Origin: Chrysemys picta bellii
Lineage: Eukaryota
Reading direction: 5' to 3'
DNA: 64,000 bases
NCBI RefSeq assembly: GCF_011386835.1
Contig: NC_088810.1
Span: 23,808,001 to 23,872,000, forward strand
This document shows, one piece after another, positions 56,401 through 64,000 of the stretch. Each line of letters starts with the position of its first letter. Positions within the stretch are counted from its first letter, which is position 1. Made by a program: the position numbers and the translations under genes. The notes below the pieces were generated by a model. The model was not told where the DNA came from. It worked only from the letters and a program-made list of their open reading frames with translations, and did not search any database.

Positions 56401-59400
56401 CAAAAGCTCCATATATGAATAATTTATGGTTTCCACAGAAAGGGTTTATAGTATAATCTCATAAGGGCTTCACTAGTGATATAAAAGGATAGGCAAGTCT
56501 CATTTCATAAAGTACATTGTCCCCTTTGTTTGCTGAGTCAGTGAGTGGCTGAATCTGTGTGAAGAAAATACAGACCCTCTTACTTTACTTCACTGGCACC
56601 TGTTTCACTTTTTCATTGGAACCGTGTACACACACTTGCACACATACACACTATCTCTTAGGATTAAACATGGTTCTGGATCTTGCCCCGCAGTTCAAGA
56701 TCAAAATGTATGTTGAGTTTGAGGTTCATGTTGGAACTTCCGATGGAAAAGAAGGTAGAGCACACCCCCTTCTCAGTCAGCGTAGGTTACGGTGGTCCGA
56801 AGCTGCCCGTAGAGTCCTAGAGCACAGCCTGTCTCTAATGCCCTTTCTCGTGTTGAGGAACTTGGGCTGCATTGAGGAGCATTATGGAAATGCATAGGAG
56901 TAAATCTAATGTGGAGGTACAGCCAGCAGATCAAGTGGAGCATTGCATACTAGGACTGGTAGCCTGTATGGGTGTCACCTCCTTATTAAAGATGACAGCT
57001 GCAATATGTTCCTCTGGGAAAATGTGGGGACTCTACTGTAGTTTAGTAGTGTTGGGGTGCTCTTCAGCAGTCATCACCAATTGACTTTGGAAGGTCTATT
57101 CGCTGGTACGTTGGGGAACAGGGACTGTTCCTCTGGAGGAGCAGCCTGTGAAGAATTATTAGGGTCTTGTGCACCATTAGGGAGGCCGTGCAGTCACAGC
57201 TATGAACGTTCAAACTCACCACCCACTGCGCTTCATTCAGGACAGCACCATTTCCCCTAATGCATGACCATCCCTTCCTGTGTTTCACCAAGTGCCAACC
57301 AATGTGCTTCAGTGTCCTATTCCAATGCAAACAGTACAAGGGGCAGGTTTGGCTGCGCAGGGTAAAGGGTTGGGTGTTGTAGACCTGTTGGGGTTCATCT
57401 AAAAGCTGTTATACTGCCTAAAACTGTGAAATGCCTGAAATCTTATGATTGTACTCAAAGACAGCTGGTATTTAACATCATTCTAGCCCCTGCTGGCTAC
57501 TCTCCAGAGAAGTTGGGCGAAAACAGCTTTAAAATTTGTTTGACACACAGAACCAAATATATGGTATAATGCAAACAGATCCCCAAATTAAGGCTGAAAT
57601 ATATTGGGCTGTGTGGTATAAACTGGGTCTAAGTGTTTCCTTAACTGCCTTGAACTGATCATTGGTCATTTGAGAGGAGAAAACAATCTTGGTCTTAACT
57701 CTGAATTTCTTGGCTCTTGTGGTTTTTAAGTTGGAGCTTAATGCAGTTGTTTCGGAGAGGGTGAATATTCCTGTTTGTGCTAGCTTATACAGACAAATGT
57801 GGAAAAGGGTTTAGTCTCTGTGGATGTCTGGGGAAATCTAGACATACGATTGTTCCAGTGAGATCACTGGATCTGAAACTCTGGGCATATGATTATCAGA
57901 GGCTGACCGCACAAGTCTCCTGGCTGTAGACAATCTTAAGTTTTGCTCTAGGCATTTGCAGCAGGCTCATCACTCGTGCCGGAGCACCTTTCTCAAATGG
58001 AAGGCTGCAGCCCACCTTGGGGATTAGATCTGTTTCACTTCCTAGCCGGGCTTACACGTGACAGACTGCCCCTGTCTAGACAAGATCTTTCTTGAGACCT
58101 AAATACTTTGCAGTGGGTCTTGGGCCCTATATAGATTCTGCTTCCTCCTTTGCTGGTGGAGGTATCTGCTTCCATCTATGCCAGTTGCATGATAAGTCCC
58201 TGATAGCTACATGACTTTCCTGTTTTTAAAAAAACTTTCATTCCAGAAGAGCTTAAAGCAGCGCCTGGGTAAAAGTAACATCCAGGCACGATTAGGCCGG
58301 CCAGCAGGACCCCTGGCTCGTGGAGCTGTTGGAGGACGAGGGCTACCTATGGGTCAGAGAGGTTTGCCACGAGGAGCCATGCGTGGTGGACGTGGAGCGA
58401 GGGCGTTGCTGAGAGGAGGCATTCCCCTCAGAGGTGAGTATATTGTTAATATGGGAAATAAAATATCCCTGGGGGTGGATATTCAATGACTTCTTGCTAA
58501 GTTTGACAGCTAGTTTCTTGTTTTGATTACCTACTTGACTTTTTTACCTCACCCCATTAAAGGTCAGAGTTTACTTCGGGGAGGACGTGGTGTATCCCCT
58601 AGGATGGGCCTGAGAAGAGGTGGCGTTCGAGGTCGTGGTGGACCTGGAAGAGGTGGTCTAGGCAGAGGAGCCATGGGTCGTGGAGGAATTGGTGGCAGAG
58701 GTTAGTGTGCTGACATTTGGGAAGGCATGAGGGCATTGTTTAGAGAAGAATCTGAAGCAGCCTTTAGCTTTCACCTTCTTGGTTAAAATAGAACGTAGAT
58801 TAGCACCTGTGAAGTGGAATCTTCACCATAAAGATACTAGGCTGTACACGGGATACAAACCCATTATATTTTCATTTTCTGAACTGTTGGTTTTAGCAGC
58901 ATTTGAGCTGGAAGGCAAGATCCTAGTTTGTGTCTCTGCTTCCCAGAGGGTTCTGGAGAGTGGTGGTGAAACTGACCAGAGTCTTGTCAGTGTCACGCTC
59001 CTGCTAGGTGAGGCTTTGAGTAGTGGCAGAGGCGCTGGTGCAATTTCTGTACAAACGACCCTGCATTGTTTCCCTTTCCAAAGGGAATGAAGTGTAACCT
59101 TCACAACCATATAGTGCTAGAAACACATTCCTTAAATGAAAGTCTAAATTATGCAGAAACTGAGGGCTTAGGCCTCCAGCCTCAACAGGGAAGTGTCCTA
59201 CTTGCTGCTTAAGTGGAATTTTTTCAGGCCCTGGTTTTATTAGTTCACTGGGAGTTTGAAACGGAATCTGTTTCTTAAATACTCAGTCCTTTTCATAGTG
59301 CAAAGTATTAAATTACGACAGTCCCCAAACGGGATTGGCACTGGAACAAATGTAGGTTGCAGTCGCAGCTGACCTAGTGGAATCATTAATGCCCAAACTA

Positions 59401-60934
59401 GGGAATTCTCAAATGGGACATCACAGCAGTCAGAGCTCACTGAGCCACATGTTGTGGCTTTTTATTTTAGCAAAAGGCCCATTGGTTTCTTTGCAGCACC
59501 TGTGTTCCTAGATGCTGTGGCAAATGGCAGGTAAGAACCTACAACTTCCTTGCTTTTGTGAATTAATATTGGAGATTAAACATTATTTCCTAGTCTTCCT
59601 TGTAGAATGACATTAATTCAGTCCTAGTGGGTTCTAATGCCGAAACAGGTCCCTCAGAACTAGTTTGACACCAAATGTAAATTTGGTGGGATATGTATCG
59701 AGCAAGCTTATTCCTAAATTGTTAATGGCATTGCTGCTTTCTCTAAAGCTTGGTAGGAAGGGTGGTGGGGAATAAATGCTAATTATACTTGGCTAGCAAC
59801 TGTCTAATGCATCAAGGCACTAACGTATGTTAGGGATTAATGCCAGGCTAAAATGGTACCAAGCAATGTAAAGGGTACCATAGGGCTACCTTCTGGACCC
59901 TGCATTTGATGCTGATGGGCACGCACAGCCTTGTACGAGACTGCGACTTCAAAAGCCATCTCAGTTAGTGGAGTCTTCACTACTTTTAAAAGTAGACGGT
60001 AACCAAAGTACATGCCCTGTATGGAGTTACAGCACTGTATGGGCTGCCACTGTCTCCCGGAGGGACACGGGCTCATTAGTGCTTTGATATGTAACAGGTT
60101 TACAAAAAATAGTCCACACCAACTGTTGGGTCTGCTTAGGCTCGGCTGCAAAAACCGTTCTGTGTTAAAAGTCTCGCTCAATAATTCTAAATTACTGGCA
60201 TTGCGATAACAGGGTCTGCTGCAACACTAGATTAGTTATACTTGTTCAAAGGAGAAAACTTCCCGTTTAATGTGACAAATAGTTTGTAACTTGCCCACAA
60301 GTAGGAAGTCATTAGTTCTCATACTACTGTCCGGAGATTTGAACAGACACTTGATGCATAAGGAGAGACAACCAGGGGAGTGTCTTGGCTGAGGGGCTGA
60401 TCTAGTCAGTAGCAGAAGCGGCACCGTTGGCCACCACCTGTCTCCACCTTGCATGTGGCTCTCTTGCATACCACGTAGTGTACAATGTGTCACTCGGTGG
60501 TCTCTACACTGGGCATTGTTATGTACCTGAGTGGCTTCTTCAGTGGACTGCCCACCCAGCTGTTGCCTTGCCTAGGTAGTATGGGGTGGCGAGTCGAGGG
60601 CACGCGGGCGGCTGTAGCTAAACTCTCACTGGTGGGATTAGGTCAGTTCCTTAATATTTGTTGCTCTCTCTGTCCGAGTCCAGCGGTGCATTCCAGTGTG
60701 GTATGTAACTGTAATCTCGTTTCACTGTCAGGTCGTGGCATGGCCGGCCGGGGAAGAGGGGGCTTCGGTGGTCGTGGCAGAGGCAGAGGACGAGGAAGAG
60801 GCTCTGCACGTCCTGCATTGACCAAGGAACAACTGGACAACCAATTAGATGCTTACATGTCTAAAACAAAAGGACACCTCGACGCTGAGCTAGATGCTTA
60901 CATGGCTCAGACAGATCCAGAAACTAATGACTGA
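53423..60934 (+). CDS. CHTOP: Chromatin target of PRMT1 (CHTOP/FOP), 247 aa (248 with the NAGNAG Lys); CDS join(53423..53487,55009..55162,58250..58433,58563..58700,60732..60934)
   Basis: [32 protein letters not shown]..., a central RG/RGG-rich region and C-terminal tandem LDxxLDAYM boxes ending QTDPETND. Exons of 65+154+184+138+203 = 744 nt stay in frame with GT-AG introns. Nearly identical to recalled human CHTOP. Confidence 0.97.
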
Positions 60935-62387
60935 AGGTCCTTCTGATAGACTCTCGTTGAAGTTAATGTGTATGTCAATGCCCATAAGCTAAACATGGAA
61001 AAACCTGATTCATGCTGGAAGGACCTGCAGGAACAGGGGTGGCCCTGTTCTACCAAGAGATCAGATTTTAGTGTGTTCCTCTTACATTTTGATACTATAT
61101 GTTGTATGAAACCTTTTTTGGATTGTTTTTTATAATTTTTCCTAACTACTCTGAACATGAATGTGACAGACGAGCTGCAGATCCAGGGCTGGTGTGTGCT
61201 CAGCACGCCAGCCCGGCTGCGATGGCACACGAAGTTCCCTTCGTGCTTATGAAGGGAAAATGCTGCATGTATGCCACAATCTCTGCTTCTTTAGGTGAAG
61301 TGCTCATTGGTGCCGAACACAAGCTGTGGGATCACATGGTTATACGTGCCTGTTACTCTTAATGGTTTGTTTCAGGATAGGAGTTGATCCCATAGTGTGG
61401 CTAAAGGGTAAATCTCCACATTTGCAGTTTTATTGTTGCAATAACTCATTTGAAGTAAACATACCAAAACGGCTCCCTCCAGGACTGCCTAATCAATCAA
61501 ATTCAGGTTAAGGAAGATAGACATGTCAATCTTTTATTTTGTACCAAAAGTTCATCCCCGCTGGTTGCTAGCATTCGAACGGTAGTACAGAGAGGATTTT
61601 CCACGTTAAAGTCTGTTTTTCAGATAAAATTTGAATTTATTTGGTATCATGTTTGAAGGGATGGCACTAATGGCTTCTGCGTACCAAAATCTAGAAAAAG
61701 AACTAGCTTTTGTTTTAAGGCTCTTGAAACAAGCACGTTAATGACGTCTGAAAGAAAATCATGGGTAGAATAGTCTCTCCAAAATACCGGGTCCAAAATT
61801 GGTTTTATCAACAAGTGCTGTTACCTTTCAGTGTAACCAAAACTGAATTTTCAATCCAGTCCAACTTTGGTGGCTTCTGTGGTGCATTTAACCTAGGTTG
61901 GCTTTAGAAGTTGAGAAGGGGTTTGCTTTCCTCCCTACCCCACCCCCCGAAGATTTAAGTTCAACCATCCTGTGAACTGTTCCAGTTTCAATGGAATCTT
62001 GTATTTCTCGTTCGTTGTGACAAAGGAGAAACAATTATAAAAACAATATGTGGACTTTGTGGATTTTTTAAGTGGTATTCTCAAGCATTAATTGTTGATC
62101 GTAAACTCTGTGGGATGAATAACTTTTCTAGTGGGTATGAGAAGACAGTAAACTATCATCCTCTCCTGAATGGAACATCACAACTACGGTTAGAAAACGT
62201 TCTAGGTTAGAACACGTTCCTAATAGAGCTTCCTCTCCCCTGGCTGGCAATCCATTATAGCTGGAATTTCATCTAAATCCCCGGTTCTCATGGTGTAGAT
62301 TGGAGGGTGGGGGAGGGCCTGGTCCCCACTGCCTCCAACCTTTGTTATGCATGCCACTGCTTATCAAGGGCTCCCAGCGAATTTGTA

Positions 62388-62585
62388 CAGGGCGTCCTCG
62401 ATGTTTGACTTACGAGACAAACGGCACTTACAACGTTTCTGAACTGACACCCTGATTCAACTTATGACAATTGGTTTCGACTGGCCGATGCTCGGTCCGG
62501 CAATGGAGTGGATTGCGGTTACAATGTTTCAACTTACGAGGCAATTTTCAGGAGCCAATTGTGTGGTAAGTCCAAGGACTGCCTG
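62388..62585. mobile_element. Tigger-like MITE
   Basis: TA-CAGGGCGTCCTCGA ... CCAAGGACTGCCTG-TA: imperfect TIRs with a TA TSD. Confidence 0.7.
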
Positions 62586-62670
62586 TATACCAGTTCAAAG
62601 AAGGAAACTGACGTTTCTCCTCAGCTTTCCTTGATTATCTCAGTGTGTCTGGCTGCGCTAACTACTATAG

Positions 62671-62980
62671 CGGGGTAGGCAACCTATGGCACACGTGCTG
62701 AAGGCGGCACACGAGCTGATTTTCAGTGGCACTCACACTGCCCGGCTCCTGGCCACCGTCCGGGGGGGCTCTGCATTTAAATTTCATTTTAAATGAAGCT
62801 TCTTAAACATTTTAAAAACCTTATTTACTTTACATACAACAATAGTTTAGTTATATATTATAGACTTAGAGAAAGAGAGCTTCTAAAAACGTTAACATGT
62901 ATGACTGGCACGCGAAACCTTAAATTAGAGTGAATAAATGAAGACTCGGCACAGCACTTCTGAAAGGTTGCCGACCCCTG
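62671..62980 (+). mobile_element. hAT MITE, 310 bp
   Basis: TIRs C(A)GGGGTAGGCAACC / GGTTGCCGACCCCTG and a perfect 8-bp TSD TACTATAG (62663-62670, 62981-62988). Confidence 0.9.
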
Positions 62981-63761
62981 TACTATAGTATGCAAGGGCA
63001 TTCAGACTGCCAACTACTTTTTCACACGCATTCATGCTGTGATGTAACTTTGCGTTTGCACTTTCAACAAGGATCTGCTTTACTAAACTACTACACGTAT
63101 GGCCAGTACAGATTTCAATACTGCTCTAGGATGTTTCTTCTCTAACCTCCAGTTAGTCCTGTGACATCTTCCCCTTGAAAATACTGTCCCCACAACTCTT
63201 GCTGACAGTGCTTTAAGGTTGCCAGTTGAAGGTATCATATCACTTTTAAACAAGTATCTTAATCGTTCATTAAAGGGACACTTGAGGTGCTAACACAGCC
63301 CCCAACACTTACGTTGTGTTAAATTTTTCTAATCTATTACTAGAAATATTAAATTTAAAAAAAACCCTCCTTTTGCGTGGCAGAGACTGCAGGAGAGGGT
63401 TAGGTGCAAACATAGCATGATGCTGCTTCCTGAATGGGCACATGAAACCTAAAAGGTTCAATTGACTGGGTTATGAGAAGGGGGACACTATAAGTAAGAC
63501 ATCAAACTCTCTACTGTGGTCTATTTACTGGACTGCGTCCAGTTCAGTCTTGCTGTTTGAACAGAGAAATGTTCCCTTAAATTATTTGACCACCTAGCTG
63601 AACTACTCCATGAACAGAAAGGAGCACAGGATTCAGAACAACAATACCGTGCATGAAAAGCAGGCCCTGGCACTACCCGGGATCTCTGCACATTCCCTAC
63701 ATTTAAACATTGAAATGCTCAACGCTGAATGAGCTTGCCTGATTTATTCCAGGCACTAGGT

Positions 63762-64000
63762 CAGGGGGCGGCAACCTTTCAGAAGTGGGGTGCCGCGTCT
63801 TCATTTATTCACTCTGATTTAAGGTTTCGCGTGCTAGTATTAAAAAGCATTTTAACCTTTTCAGAAGGTCTCTTTCTATAAGTCTCTGATATAACTAATC
63901 TATTGTTGTATGTAAAGTAAATAAGGTTTTTAAAATGTTTAAGAAGATTCGTTTAAAATTAAATTAAAATGCAGAGCCCCCCCTGGACTGGTGGCCAGGA
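63762..64000 (-). mobile_element. Inverted copy of the same hAT MITE, running off the window end
   Basis: cagggggcggcaacctttcagaagtg...gtcttcatttattcact is the near-exact reverse complement of the right end of 62671-62980. Confidence 0.9.

Noticed and set aside
60485-60575. 5' part of the 149-aa ORF as an independent gene start
   Set aside because: The C-terminal part is CHTOP exon 6. Only the segment from 60576 has splice support (see findings).

Overview
Vertebrate genomic DNA, most likely a turtle (inferred from the CR1, hAT/Tigger MITE and SINE-head repeat content). The window holds one end of the S100 cluster in the same order as human 1q21.3: S100A16, S100A14 and S100A13 on the minus strand, then S100A1 and CHTOP on the plus strand. 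All five spliced CDSs can be rebuilt with GT-AG introns and no frameshifts (105, 100, 96, 94 and 247/248 aa). The rest is CR1 fragments, a solo LTR, DNA-transposon MITEs, MIR-like SINEs, several minisatellites and three N-containing blocks. No prokaryotic features, rRNA, tRNA or CRISPR arrays were found. Most ORF-track entries are GC-rich noise or repeat artefacts. Top leads: (1) an 80-bp tandem array with 10 co-oriented CTCF-like motifs between the divergent S100A13 and S100A1 promoters; (2) CHTOP splicing elements, namely a stop codon built into the intron-2 donor, intron-2 stem-loops and an in-frame 66-nt cassette in intron 5; (3) a possible intronic-polyA isoform of S100A13; (4) a candidate distal minus-strand TATA plus mini-exon; (5) an inverted MITE pair downstream of CHTOP. 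Gene names rest on recalled human protein sequences, not on a database search, and all coordinates were read by eye.
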